Below are positions 40,060 to 49,164 of a DNA stretch of 64,000 bases, piece by piece. The DNA is taken from NCBI GenBank assembly GCA_963666365.2, contig CAXXNF010000001.1:1472442-1536441 (forward strand), written 5' to 3'. The notes under the pieces were generated by a model. That model had not been told where the DNA came from, made no database searches, and was given only the letters and a program-made list of their open reading frames with translations. Numbering within the stretch: position 1 is the stretch's first letter; each line of letters opens with the position of its first letter. The translations under genes were made by a program, and so were the position numbers. This DNA comes from Syntrophales bacterium. GTDB lineage: Bacteria; Desulfobacterota; Syntrophia; Syntrophales; UBA2210.

Positions 40060-40899
40060 ATGAATCTGATAAAAGACGCTGTCTATCTCTCTCCGCAGGT
40101 GATCAAAATGACCATCGAGGCGCCGGATATCGCCGCCGCGCGAAAGGCCGGCCAGTTTGTGGTGCTCATGACCGATGAGCGGGGGGAGCGCATTCCCCTT
40201 ACGATTGTCGATTCGAATGCGCACGAGGGGACTATTGTCATCATTTTTCAGATTGTGGGCAAGACGACAACCTGTCTTGCCGATATGAAGGCGGGCGATC
40301 AATTGTACAGCGTGCTCGGACCGCTCGGTCAACCGACGGAGATTGAACGCTTCGGCAGAGCGGTCTGCGTCGGCGGCGGCGTGGGGATCGGCGTGGTCTA
40401 CCCCATTGCCCGGGCTTTGAAGGAAGCGGGCAACGAAGTAGTCTCCATCATAGGGGCGCGCACAAAGGATATACTGATTCTGGAAGAGGAAATGCTGGCG
40501 ACAAGCGATACCCTCCTGATCGCCACGGACGATGGAAGTTACGGATTTCACGGGTTTGTAAGCCAGGTCCTTCAGGGGATGATCGATGAGGGACAGAACA
40601 TCGACAGAGTCTTCGCCGTGGGACCTGTTCCCATGATGAGGGTGATCTGCGACGTGACGCGCCCTTACGCAATTCCCACGGTGGTGAGCCTCAACCCCAT
40701 AATGGTCGATGCCACGGGTATGTGCGGCGCCTGTCGTGTGTCGATCGACGGCGCCACAAAGTTCGCCTGCGTGGATGGACCGGAATTCGACGGGCATCAG
40801 GTCGATTTCGACCTGCTTATGAATCGCCTTCGCATGTATTATTTCAATGAAAAAGAGGCGATGGAATCGTTCAAGTGCAGGTGTGATCATGGAAAATAA
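40060..40899 (+). CDS. nfnA: NfnA/SudB small subunit of NADH-dependent ferredoxin:NADP+ oxidoreductase
   Basis: Motifs GERIPLTI and SLNPIMVDATGMCGACRV...FACVDGPEFD (Asp-ligated [2Fe-2S]); RBS AAGGAG. Confidence 0.9.
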   Translation: MNLIKDAVYLSPQVIKMTIEAPDIAAARKAGQFVVLMTDERGERIPLTIVDSNAHEGTIVIIFQIVGKTTTCLADMKAGDQLYSVLGPLGQPTEIERFGRAVCVGGGVGIGVVYPIARALKEAGNEVVSIIGARTKDILILEEEMLATSDTLLIATDDGSYGFHGFVSQVLQGMIDEGQNIDRVFAVGPVPMMRVICDVTRPYAIPTVVSLNPIMVDATGMCGACRVSIDGATKFACVDGPEFDGHQVDFDLLMNRLRMYYFNEKEAMESFKCRCDHGK

Positions 40900-42295
40900 A
40901 AAGAAGCGGGAAAAAGTGCCCCGTCAGGCGATGCCCGAGCAGGACCCGTCGGTCCGCCGGCATAACTTCGATGAAGTGCCCCTTGGATATACGGAAGAGC
41001 AGGCGGTGATCGAAGCCTCCCGGTGCCTGCAGTGCAAGAAACCCCTCTGCGTGGCGGGGTGTCCCGTCGATGTGGATATCCCGGGGTTCATAAAACTGAT
41101 TACCGAACGAGAATTCGCGCTGGCGGCACGGTGGATCAAGGAGACCAACAGCCTGCCCGCAGTGTGCGGCCGGGTCTGCCCGCAGGAAGTGCAGTGCGAG
41201 CAGCTCTGCGTGCTGGGCAAGAAACAGGAGCCCGTTGCCATCGGCAGGCTCGAGCGGTTTGTAGCCGACTACGAGCGGGCGTCGGGGGATGTGCCGATAC
41301 CGAAGGTGGCCGGGGCGACGGGAAAACGAGTGGCCGTCGTGGGATCGGGACCCGCCGGCCTTACCATTGCCGGCGATCTCATCAAGCAGGGGCACGAAGT
41401 GACCGTGTTTGAGGGTCTTCACAAGGCGGGCGGAGTGCTCATTTACGGTATTCCCGAATTCCGGCTGCCCAAGGCCATCGTGGACGCCGAGGTTGACTAT
41501 CTGGTAAGGCTCGGAGTCGAGATACGGGCCAACATGGTGATCGGCCGCGGCAAAACCGTCGATGATCTCCTCAGTGAGGGATATGACGCGGTCTTTCTGG
41601 GGGTGGGGGCCGGCGCGCCCGTGTTCATGGATATTCCCGGGGAGAACCTCAGCGGCATCTACTCGGCCAACGAGTATCTGACCCGTTCCAATCTGATGAA
41701 GGCCTACCGGTTTCCTGAATATGACACCCCCATCGCGCAGGGGAAAGAGGTGGCCGTGCTGGGGGGCGGCAATGTGACTATGGACTCGGTGCGCACGGCC
41801 CTTCGTCTCGGCGCGCGCAACGCCTATGTCGTCTATCGGCGGACGGAAGCGGAGATGCCCGCCCGTCTGGAGGAAATCCATCACGCGAAGGAAGAGGGCG
41901 TGCAGTTTCAATTCCTCACCAATCCGGTGGAATACCTCGGCGACGACCAGGGGTGGGTGAAAGGAATGCGGTGCATCCGCATGGAACTGGGCGAACCGGA
42001 TGATTCCGGGCGGCGGCGCCCCGTGCCTATTCCCGACTCGGAATTTGTGATTGACGTCGACATGGTGGTAGTGGCCATCGGCACCATGGCGAATCCCGTC
42101 ATCCCGGCCACCACGCCGGGGCTGGAGACCACACGGTGGGGCTACATCGTCGCAAAGGATGAGACGGGTGAGACCAGCCGCACAGGGATCTTTGCCGGCG
42201 GCGACATCGTCACCGGTTCAGCCACAGTCATTCTGGCCATGGGTGCGGCCAAAAAAGCGGCTCGCGCCATCGACGCCTATCTGCAGGGGAGATAG
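40889..42295 (+). CDS. nfnB: NfnB/SudA large subunit (GltD-like)
   Basis: Motifs EASRCLQCKKP.CVAGCPV, CGRVCPQE.QCE, YGIPEFRLPK, SANEYLTR.NLM and GSATVILAMG; paired with nfnA. Confidence 0.9.
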   Translation: MENKKKREKVPRQAMPEQDPSVRRHNFDEVPLGYTEEQAVIEASRCLQCKKPLCVAGCPVDVDIPGFIKLITEREFALAARWIKETNSLPAVCGRVCPQEVQCEQLCVLGKKQEPVAIGRLERFVADYERASGDVPIPKVAGATGKRVAVVGSGPAGLTIAGDLIKQGHEVTVFEGLHKAGGVLIYGIPEFRLPKAIVDAEVDYLVRLGVEIRANMVIGRGKTVDDLLSEGYDAVFLGVGAGAPVFMDIPGENLSGIYSANEYLTRSNLMKAYRFPEYDTPIAQGKEVAVLGGGNVTMDSVRTALRLGARNAYVVYRRTEAEMPARLEEIHHAKEEGVQFQFLTNPVEYLGDDQGWVKGMRCIRMELGEPDDSGRRRPVPIPDSEFVIDVDMVVVAIGTMANPVIPATTPGLETTRWGYIVAKDETGETSRTGIFAGGDIVTGSATVILAMGAAKKAARAIDAYLQGR

Positions 42296-42487
42296 GTCAA
42301 TCTGGTCTATTTGGTTCGTTTGGTCTATCTGGTCGGTTTGGTCGACTTCCCCCTTTGAAAAAGGGGGACTGAGGGGGATTTAGAAAAAGACGTTACCGCA
42401 CAGGGTCGCAGGGAACGCTGAGGATGAAAGGAAAGAACGTTCTAAACGATCGTAACGTTCTTAACGCTACTAACGCTCTCAACGCTC
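42295..42487. repeat. Composite repeat tract: GGTCTATTT satellite, family-C arm (42341-42381), family-A-like arm, AACG 9-bp satellite
   Basis: Modules match other loci; the tract lies between convergent nfnB and rfbC. Confidence 0.8.
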
Positions 42488-42488
42488 C

Positions 42489-42944
42489 CTATCCGTCCTT
42501 CCGATCCCAGTCGTAGGGGATATCCTTTGAATGGGGGTCAACCCTGAATTCATCGGGGTCGCCGTATGCATAGTGCTCCGTCGGTGTGTTGATCACCACG
42601 GCCTCTTCCGAAGAAATGCACTTGAATCCGTGATACACAAAGGGGGGAATGTGCACCAGCACGGGGTTGTGCTCGCCGGCGAAAAATTCGTTTACCTCCC
42701 CGAAGGTGGCCGAGTCCCTGCGCCCGTCATAGAGGACGATCTTCATCATGCCCTTCACGACGGCCATGTTGTCATACTGCTTTTTGTGGTAGTGCCACCC
42801 CTTTACCACACCGGGATAGGCGGTGGTCATGTAGACCTGACCGAACCCGCGGAACATCTCATCGTCGTTGCGGAGAATCTCCATCAGCCGTCCCCGCTCG
42901 TCGGGAATAACCTTCAGTATTTTTACCATCACGCCGTCAATCAT
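42489..42944 (-). CDS. rfbC: dTDP-4-dehydrorhamnose 3,5-epimerase family (cupin)
   Basis: Motifs DERGRLME, GVVKGWHYH, DGRRDSATFG and IPPFVYHGF. Confidence 0.85.
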   Translation of the reverse strand: MIDGVMVKILKVIPDERGRLMEILRNDDEMFRGFGQVYMTTAYPGVVKGWHYHKKQYDNMAVVKGMMKIVLYDGRRDSATFGEVNEFFAGEHNPVLVHIPPFVYHGFKCISSEEAVVINTPTEHYAYGDPDEFRVDPHSKDIPYDWDRKDG

Positions 42945-42978
42945 GTTTCGTCTCCTATATTGAAGTGCGAGGTGCGGG

Positions 42979-43400
42979 GTATAGGGTACAGGGTGTGAGG
43001 GTTTTTTACCACAAGCCTGAACCTTGAACCTCATACCTTAAACCCTGTGCCTCATACCTTGTATAGGGTACAGGGTGTGAGGGTTATTTATCACAAACCT
43101 GAACCTTGAACCTCATACCTTAAACCTCATACCTCAAACCCTGTGCCTCATACCTTGTATAGGGTACAGGGTGTGAGGGTTATTTATCACAAACCTGAAC
43201 CTTGAACCTCATACCTTAAACCCTGTGCCTCATACCTTGTATAGGGTACAGGGTGTGAGGGTTATTTACCACAAACCTGAACCTTGAACCTCATACCTTA
43301 AACCCTGTGCCTCATACCTTGTATAGGGTACAGGGTGTGAGGGTTTTTTACCACAAGCCTGAACCTTGAACCTCATACCTCAAACCCTGTGCCTCATACC
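42979..43400. repeat. Five tandem ~82-bp hairpin-forming units with internal 7-bp periodicity
   Basis: ATAGGGTACAGGGTGTGAGG at 42981, 43063, 43159, 43241 and 43323 (periods 82, 96, 82, 82). Confidence 0.95.
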
Positions 43401-44122
43401 TTATTTGCCCCCGTCTCTGCCACCATATTGCCGGCGTACTGCAGCGAGGAAAAGGTGCCCGCATCGGTCCACCAGCCGTCGAGTATATCATAGGTAATGG
43501 CGCCTTCCCTGATGTAGAAATTGTTGACGTCGGTAATTTCCAGTTCTCCCCGCTCCGATGGCTTAAGCGTCTTTATAAAATCGAACACGGCGGCGTCATA
43601 CATGTAGATGCCGATTACCGCATAGGAAGAGGCTGGTGTGACCGGTTTTTCATCGATGCGGACGATGCGGTCCCCTTCCAGGGTGGGAACACCGAAGCGC
43701 TTGGGGTCGGGTACTTCTTTCAGCAGAAGCTTTGCCCCCTTTTCCTGTGTTCTGAAGGATTCCACGGCGGGAATAATATTATTTTCAATTATGTTGTCGC
43801 CCAGCACCACGACAATTTTATCGCCGTCGGCAAAAAATTCGGCAAGACTCAGGGCTGCGGCGATGCCGCCTTCACCCTCCTGATAGGTGTAGTTCAGGTG
43901 TTTCAATCCGAAGTCTTTTCCGTTGCCGAGAAGCTTGAGAAAATCGCCGGCGTTGTTGCCGCCCGTCACAATCAGTATCTCATCGATGCCCGCATTGACA
44001 AGTGTCGTAATCGGATAATAAATCATCGGCTTGTCATAGACGGGAAGCAGATGCTTGTTCGTTACCTTCGTAAGTGGATACATGCGGGTGCCGAGCCCGC
44101 CGGCAAGTACAACACCTTTCAT
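43394..44122 (-). CDS. rfbA: Glucose-1-phosphate thymidylyltransferase (short form)
   Basis: Motifs LAGGLGTRMYPLT, KHLLPVYDKPMIYYP, LGDN, RGELEITDVN and WWTDAGT. Confidence 0.92.
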   Translation of the reverse strand: MKGVVLAGGLGTRMYPLTKVTNKHLLPVYDKPMIYYPITTLVNAGIDEILIVTGGNNAGDFLKLLGNGKDFGLKHLNYTYQEGEGGIAAALSLAEFFADGDKIVVVLGDNIIENNIIPAVESFRTQEKGAKLLLKEVPDPKRFGVPTLEGDRIVRIDEKPVTPASSYAVIGIYMYDAAVFDFIKTLKPSERGELEITDVNNFYIREGAITYDILDGWWTDAGTFSSLQYAGNMVAETGANKV

Positions 44123-44142
44123 AACTACAACCCTCGTGATTT

Positions 44143-44278
44143 TTGATGGACTCGTAAAAAGTCGATCTTTATCTCTTTCGTCATTACGGGCCTGACCCGG
44201 AATCCAGTCTCGTTAATGGGTTATGGATTCCTGCCTCCGCAGGAATGACACTATTCTGACTTTTTACAGGATCGTCAT
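44143..44278. mobile_element. Family-D miniature element enclosing a family-B palindrome doublet
   Basis: TTGATGGACTCGTAAAAAGTC ... GTCATTACGGGCCTGACCCGGAATCCAG ... TGGATTCCTGCCTCCGCAGGAATGAC ... GACTTTTTACAGGATCGTCA. Confidence 0.7.
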
Positions 44279-44563
44279 TTTTGTTTCTTCTGCTTTTTTT
44301 CTTTTGTTCTCCCGCAGGGGCGCAGGGACCGCTGAGAAAACCTATGATCATTTTTTTTCTCATCCTCTGCGTCTCAGCGTCTCAGCGCGAGAATGTTTTT
44401 CTTTTTTTGATTTCTTGCTTTCCCCCATACCACACCTGGGCGGTCCTTCTCAACAGAAGACTTGCAGTACAGACGCCGGAGGGAGGCGAACTTCTTTACA
44501 GAACGTTTCACCTATAGTATAGGTAGGGGCGCTTGAAGACTGTCACACATTTCAGGAGCGCCG

Positions 44564-45673
44564 ATGCAGGAGCAGGACAGCACATACATGAAAAGAGCCC
44601 TGGCGCGTGCGCGCCGGGGCGAGGGAAAGGTGAGCCCGAATCCCATGGTGGGGGCTGTGATCGTAAAAGAGGGCAAGGTGATCGGTGAGGGGTATCACCG
44701 CCGGTATGGAGGAAACCACGCCGAGGTGGATGCCATTGCAGGCGCCACGGAATCGATTGCCGGGGCCGATTTCTATGTGACACTTGAGCCCTGCAGCCAT
44801 TACGGGAAGACGCCCCCCTGCGTCGATCGCCTCATTGAGCTGCGGCCGGCGCGGGTCATTATTGGGACTGCCGATCCGAACCCGCTGGTGGGAGGACGGG
44901 GGATCGCCGCGTTGCGACGTGCCGGTATCGGGGTCGACGTGGGTGTGCGTGAGGTCGAGTGCCGCAGGCTCAATGAAAAATTCTTTACCTTTATGGAAAA
45001 AAAGCGGCCCTTTGTTACAATAAAATATGCCCAGACCATCGACGGCAGAATTGCCGGCGCCAGGGGAGATTCCAAGTGGATCAGCTCGGAGGCGTCCCGA
45101 AAATTCGCCCACAGGCTTCGAAGCCTCCACGACGGGGTGCTTGTGGGGATCGGCACGGTCTTTCAGGATGATCCGGACCTGACGGTGCGGCTGGTGCGCG
45201 GCAGAAATCCGGTGCGCATCGTCGTGGATTCGTCCCTCCGCATACCGCTGAACTCCCTGGTGCTTGCACACCAGGACCGGGCCCGGACCATGATCGTTAC
45301 CTCGCCGCAGGCGGATGCCGAAAAGGCCGCCCTGTTGCAGGAGAAAGGCATCGAGATCGTGCGAGCTGCCACGACCGAAGATGGCCGCATTGATATTGAA
45401 GCACTCTTGTCCGTCCTAGGGGCGCAGGGGATCTCGTCGCTGCTGCTTGAGGGGGGCGCCACCCTGATCACCTCCTTTCTCAAGGCCCGCATAGCCGACC
45501 GATTGTATATAGTGACGGCCCCGCGAATCCTGGGGCGGGGCATCGAGGCCGTAGGGGACCTGGGGATCGAAAAAATTGCCCAGTCCATCGAGCTTCACGT
45601 GGACGGATTGATGCGAAAAGAAGGCGACATTATAATAAACGCACGCATTAAAGAGGGACACTTCCCTATTTAA
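44564..45673 (+). CDS. ribD: Bifunctional diaminohydroxyphosphoribosylaminopyrimidine deaminase / reductase
   Basis: Motifs PNPMVGAV, HAEV, TLEPCSHYGKTPPC, DDPDLTVR and LLEGG. Confidence 0.96.
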   Translation: MQEQDSTYMKRALARARRGEGKVSPNPMVGAVIVKEGKVIGEGYHRRYGGNHAEVDAIAGATESIAGADFYVTLEPCSHYGKTPPCVDRLIELRPARVIIGTADPNPLVGGRGIAALRRAGIGVDVGVREVECRRLNEKFFTFMEKKRPFVTIKYAQTIDGRIAGARGDSKWISSEASRKFAHRLRSLHDGVLVGIGTVFQDDPDLTVRLVRGRNPVRIVVDSSLRIPLNSLVLAHQDRARTMIVTSPQADAEKAALLQEKGIEIVRAATTEDGRIDIEALLSVLGAQGISSLLLEGGATLITSFLKARIADRLYIVTAPRILGRGIEAVGDLGIEKIAQSIELHVDGLMRKEGDIIINARIKEGHFPI

Positions 45674-45674
45674 T

Positions 45675-45845
45675 CGTGAGGATCGTTAATAGCGTTAGCA
45701 ACGTTTAGATCGTTGGAACCGTTTATCTGGTCCCTTTGGCCAAACAGATTTAACCCGTGAAATGCGAAGCCTATTTCACAGGGGCCAAACAGACCAGATA
45801 GACCAAACGAACCAAATAGACCAGATAGGCCAAACAGACCAGAGA
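45675..45845. repeat. Composite tract: CGTT 9-bp satellite, family-G hairpin, CAGACCAAA satellite
   Basis: Fills the ribD-upxY spacer up to the start codon. Confidence 0.8.
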
Positions 45846-45852
45846 AACCAGC

Positions 45853-46356
45853 ATGTCATGGTATGCCGTATATACGAAAAGCCGCTATGAAGATAAAGTG
45901 TTGAGCGGCCTGCTGCAGCGATCGGTGGAGGTCTATCTCCCGAAGATCGAGGTGTGGAGCAAGAGGAAGGACAGAAAAAAACGAATCCGCATCCCCATGT
46001 TTGCGGGCTATCTATTTGTAGACCTTGAGGACCTTACCAACGAGAAGAAGCTCAGCGTGCTGACCACGCCCGGCGTGGTCAGAATGCTGGGAAAACCGAG
46101 AAGCAGCGAGCCCTTTCCCATCCCGGATGCCCAGATTGAAGCCATTCAGCGCCTCACCGCCTCCGGTGTGGAACTGCAATCATGGCTCTACCCGCGGGTG
46201 GGTGAACGGGCCAGGATCATAAACGGCCCCTTTACCGGTATCGAAGGGGTGGTGCTTCAGACGGATCTGAAAAAAAACATCTTTGTCGTTTCCATTGATC
46301 TTCTTCAACGTTCGGTGGCCATACAACTCGAAGGATTCCAGGTAGAGCGGATCTGA
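45853..46356 (+). CDS. UpxY/RfaH-like NusG-paralog transcription antiterminator
   Basis: WYAVYTKSRYE, WSKRKDRKK, PMFAGYLFV; KOW motif IINGPFTGIEG. Confidence 0.88.
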   Translation: MSWYAVYTKSRYEDKVLSGLLQRSVEVYLPKIEVWSKRKDRKKRIRIPMFAGYLFVDLEDLTNEKKLSVLTTPGVVRMLGKPRSSEPFPIPDAQIEAIQRLTASGVELQSWLYPRVGERARIINGPFTGIEGVVLQTDLKKNIFVVSIDLLQRSVAIQLEGFQVERI

Positions 46357-46398
46357 AGAGGGACACTTCCCTATTTAATGAAAAGCGTGAAGAACGTT

Positions 46399-46530
46399 GA
46401 GACCTGGCATAACTCTTCTCTTCGTCATTCCGGGCACGCGAAGCGCGACCCGGAATCCAGAAAGTGTTTAAAAACACTGGATGCCGGATCAAGTCCGGCA
46501 TGACGACATTGAAGCCAAGGGGGATTTTTC
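46399..46530 (+). mobile_element. Family-B miniature element, right end missing
   Basis: Closely matches 57918-58058 up to GGGATTTTTC, then gives way to the DUF559 cassette. Confidence 0.7.
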
Positions 46531-46539
46531 CTCCAGCAG

Positions 46540-46994
46540 CCTCCCCCTTTGAAAAAGGGGGATTGAGGGGGATTTCACCAGAGCGAGTTTTTACAAAATG
46601 GAAAAGTACGAGAAAGGACTCAAACAGAAAGCCAGGGCCTTAAGAAAAAACATGACCGACGCTGAACAGGTGTTGTGGAGAAAGATCAGAAATAAACAGA
46701 TAGAGGGGGTGCAATTTTATCGTCAAAAGCCCTTGCTATCGTTTATTGTTGATTTTTATAGCCCCAAGGCTCGACAGGTAATCGAGCTGGACGGTTCTCA
46801 ACACTTTGAGGCGTATCATCAAGAAAAGGACCGTTGGCGGGATGCCAAGCTGACTGCATTAGGACTACGGACTCTGCGTTTCGATGATCGACAGGTGCTT
46901 ACCGAAATCGATGCTGTAATGGAGGTAATTTGGCGAGAAGTGAACGATGCGTTGAATAAAATCCCCCCCGCCCCCCCTTTTTCAAAGGGGGGAG
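46540..46994. mobile_element. Family-C inverted arms enclosing a DUF559 nuclease gene
   Basis: CTCCCCCTTTGAAAAAGGGGGATTGAGGGGGATTT (46541-46575) and inverted AAATCCCCCCCGCCCCCCCTTTTTCAAAGGGGGGAG (46959-46994). Confidence 0.7.
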
Positions 46995-47014
46995 AGCATA
47001 GTTCTGCTTTGTAA
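46598..47014 (+). CDS. DUF559 / Vsr-like endonuclease
   Basis: ARALRKNMTDAEQVLW, FYRQKP, IVDFY, IELDGSQH, DRWRD..L...G...LRF. Confidence 0.9.
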   Translation: MEKYEKGLKQKARALRKNMTDAEQVLWRKIRNKQIEGVQFYRQKPLLSFIVDFYSPKARQVIELDGSQHFEAYHQEKDRWRDAKLTALGLRTLRFDDRQVLTEIDAVMEVIWREVNDALNKIPPAPPFSKGGEHSSAL

Positions 47015-47118
47015 AAGGAGTACATTAAATAGCTTCTCCCTTTATAAACAAAATAACTTCTTTTCAGCTTTTTTCACGCCTCTGTAGGAGGAAAAAAACA
47101 GCGTTACGGGTATTTCGA

Positions 47119-48006
47119 ATGACCATAGGCGATGTGCTTTCAGAAGCGGCGACACAATTTCACGCCGCAGGGATCCCTACGGCGCGGCTTGACGCCGAGG
47201 TGTTGCTGGCCTGCTGCCTCGGCTGTGAACGGGTGGAATTCATCAAGAGCCCCGCAAGGACCATTGAAGGGGAGGATCTGACCCGTTTCACGACAATGGT
47301 TGCGAGGCGGCTGGCAGGCGAGCCTGTGGCCTACATTACGGGGCGAAAGGCCTTCTGGAGTTTCACCCTGGAAGTAACCCCCGATGTCTTGATTCCCCGG
47401 CCCGATACGGAAGTGCTCGTCGAAGAGGCGCTGGCCATTTGTCGGAAAGAGGGATGGATAGGCCCCCGCATTGCAGATATTGGTACGGGCAGCGGGGCGA
47501 TCGCCCTGGCCCTTGCCTCTGAACTGCCTCAGGCTCACATCACGGCAACAGACGCCTCGCCGGCGGCACTGAAACTGGCCGAAAAAAACACGCGGCGCCT
47601 TGGGCTGCACAAGGCGATTTCATTTCATTGCGGTGACCTGCTGGCCCCCCTCGACGGTCTGTGGGACATGATTGTGTCCAATCCCCCCTATATTGCAGCG
47701 CGGGAATACGACGCCCTGCCCCGGGGCGTGCGCGACTATGAGCCGAAAGAAGCGCTTTGGGCGGGAGAGAACGGCCTGGAATTCTATGAAAAAATAATAT
47801 CTCAGTCCCCCATACACCTTAAAGAGGAGGGCTGGCTTGTACTGGAAATCGGTGCATCACAGGCAGATGCTGTCTGTGGCCTTCTGGAAAAGGCGGGATG
47901 CTACGATCGCATAGACATTCGGTGCGATTACGCAGGCCTTCCCCGGGTGGTGAAGGCAAAAAAGAGGGACACTTCCCTATTTATGGACGGCAACTGTTTA
48001 ATATAA
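47119..48006 (+). CDS. prmC: Release factor glutamine N5-methyltransferase
   Basis: Motifs RRLAGEPVAYI, LIPRPDTE, DIGTGSGAIA and SNPPY. Confidence 0.95.
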   Translation: MTIGDVLSEAATQFHAAGIPTARLDAEVLLACCLGCERVEFIKSPARTIEGEDLTRFTTMVARRLAGEPVAYITGRKAFWSFTLEVTPDVLIPRPDTEVLVEEALAICRKEGWIGPRIADIGTGSGAIALALASELPQAHITATDASPAALKLAEKNTRRLGLHKAISFHCGDLLAPLDGLWDMIVSNPPYIAAREYDALPRGVRDYEPKEALWAGENGLEFYEKIISQSPIHLKEEGWLVLEIGASQADAVCGLLEKAGCYDRIDIRCDYAGLPRVVKAKKRDTSLFMDGNCLI

Positions 48007-48057
48007 TTAATGTAATACGCTAATGGGATTGCAAAAAATAGGGAAGTGTCCCTCTTT
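47961..48057. mobile_element. Family-E ~97-bp miniature inverted-repeat element
   Basis: Terminal inverted repeats AAAGAGGGACACTTCCCTATTT / AAATAGGGAAGTGTCCCTCTTT. An inverted homolog lies at 49575-49671, with solo ends at 45651-45673 and 46356-46379. Confidence 0.85.
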
Positions 48058-49050
48058 AAAGGCGCGCGCCGCTTCTTCGTGTAAAAGGTGCTCCCGCCCT
48101 TTATATTTCGGGGAGAGGTGAAAAATGACCATCTGTTTCGCCCCGGCCTCCTTCGCAAGACAGCCGGCCTGATGGGCGGTAAGATGATATTTTTCGGCGG
48201 CGATGCGGGCATCTTCCTCCAGAAAGGACGCCTCGATAAAAAGAATATCCACGTTATGGGCAATAGAGAGGATTGCGTTGGCATTTTCCCTGCTGTAGCG
48301 GGCATCGGCGATGTAGCAGATCTTTTTTCCCGGCGACACTTTTACCAGCTCCTCTTTCAGCATCCCCAGCGACACATTGCACGACTGGAGCGCACCGCTT
48401 TTTGTCTGCTGCAGGACGGAAAGACGCCGATCCTCCGAATCATTCCGGCGGATGCCGTCTTTCAGTTCCTCGAGCCACGGACCGGGGACGAGTCCCCGCT
48501 CACTGAGGGCGTTTTTCATGATATTGATATGTTGCCGCTCTTCAATCACATAGGCCAGACTGGGAATCCGGTGGTCGAGAGCAGTTGCTTTTACGAGGAA
48601 ATCCGGTCGTTCCACAATGATATCATGGTACCCGCCGGGCGCAACCTGCCGGTTTTCCGCTTTAAAGCCTTTTCGGCAGTGGTAGTCTACCGAAATTGTT
48701 TCCTGCGCGCCGAGTTCCGTGACGGAAAGGAGAAACTCGTTTGTATAGTTCGTGACAAGATTCCAGGTGTATCCCGCAAGCTTTCCCTCTACGTTTTCGA
48801 TAAACCCCGGAGGGCCGAACAGCCTGATGTGGGCGTCTCTACCCAGGCAGATGCGCAGCAGATGGTCAAACCCTATAAAGTGATCCACGTGGGTATGGGA
48901 AAGAAAGGCATGGCTGATTCTCAGAATCTGACGGGGCGCGAGATTGTGAAGTTCTCCCATGTCGAAAAGGAGCGCTTCCCTTCGGTGCTTTAATTTTACA
49001 TATACCCCTGGATCGGAAAGCGGATCGTTGATAAGATGGGCAAGAAACAT
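48007..49050 (-). CDS. Ribonuclease Z-like metallo-beta-lactamase-fold nuclease
   Basis: Motifs SHTHVDHFIG, FGPPG, LDHRIP, YIAD, HLTA and FHLSPKY. Confidence 0.82.
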   Translation of the reverse strand: MFLAHLINDPLSDPGVYVKLKHRREALLFDMGELHNLAPRQILRISHAFLSHTHVDHFIGFDHLLRICLGRDAHIRLFGPPGFIENVEGKLAGYTWNLVTNYTNEFLLSVTELGAQETISVDYHCRKGFKAENRQVAPGGYHDIIVERPDFLVKATALDHRIPSLAYVIEERQHINIMKNALSERGLVPGPWLEELKDGIRRNDSEDRRLSVLQQTKSGALQSCNVSLGMLKEELVKVSPGKKICYIADARYSRENANAILSIAHNVDILFIEASFLEEDARIAAEKYHLTAHQAGCLAKEAGAKQMVIFHLSPKYKGREHLLHEEAARAFKEGHFPIFCNPISVLH

Positions 49051-49063
49051 GGGATCTCCTTGA

Positions 49064-49162
49064 GAGCGTTAGTATCGCTGAGATCGTTCATAGCGTTTGG
49101 AACTTTACTAACGCTCGCAACGATCTAAACGATACTAACGCAAATAACGCTTTCAACGCTAT
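49064..49162. repeat. 9-bp satellite, two arms in inverted orientation (AGCGTTAGT.. / ..AACGCT)
   Basis: CGTT-periodic arm followed by AACG-periodic arm, between divergent genes. Confidence 0.75.
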
Positions 49163-49164
49163 TA

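Noticed and set aside
40889..42295. Glutamate synthase small subunit (gltD)
   Set aside because: There is no gltB nearby, and pairing with an NfnA/SudB-type subunit indicates NfnAB.
42979..43400. Possible CRISPR or mini-array (regular ~82-bp period)
   Set aside because: The variable part is only a few substitutions in a shared linker, and the 7-bp internal periodicity indicates a satellite.
46399..47014. Classical IS element or transposase
   Set aside because: The ORF has DUF559 motifs, not DDE, HUH or recombinase motifs. No transposase gene was recognised in the window.
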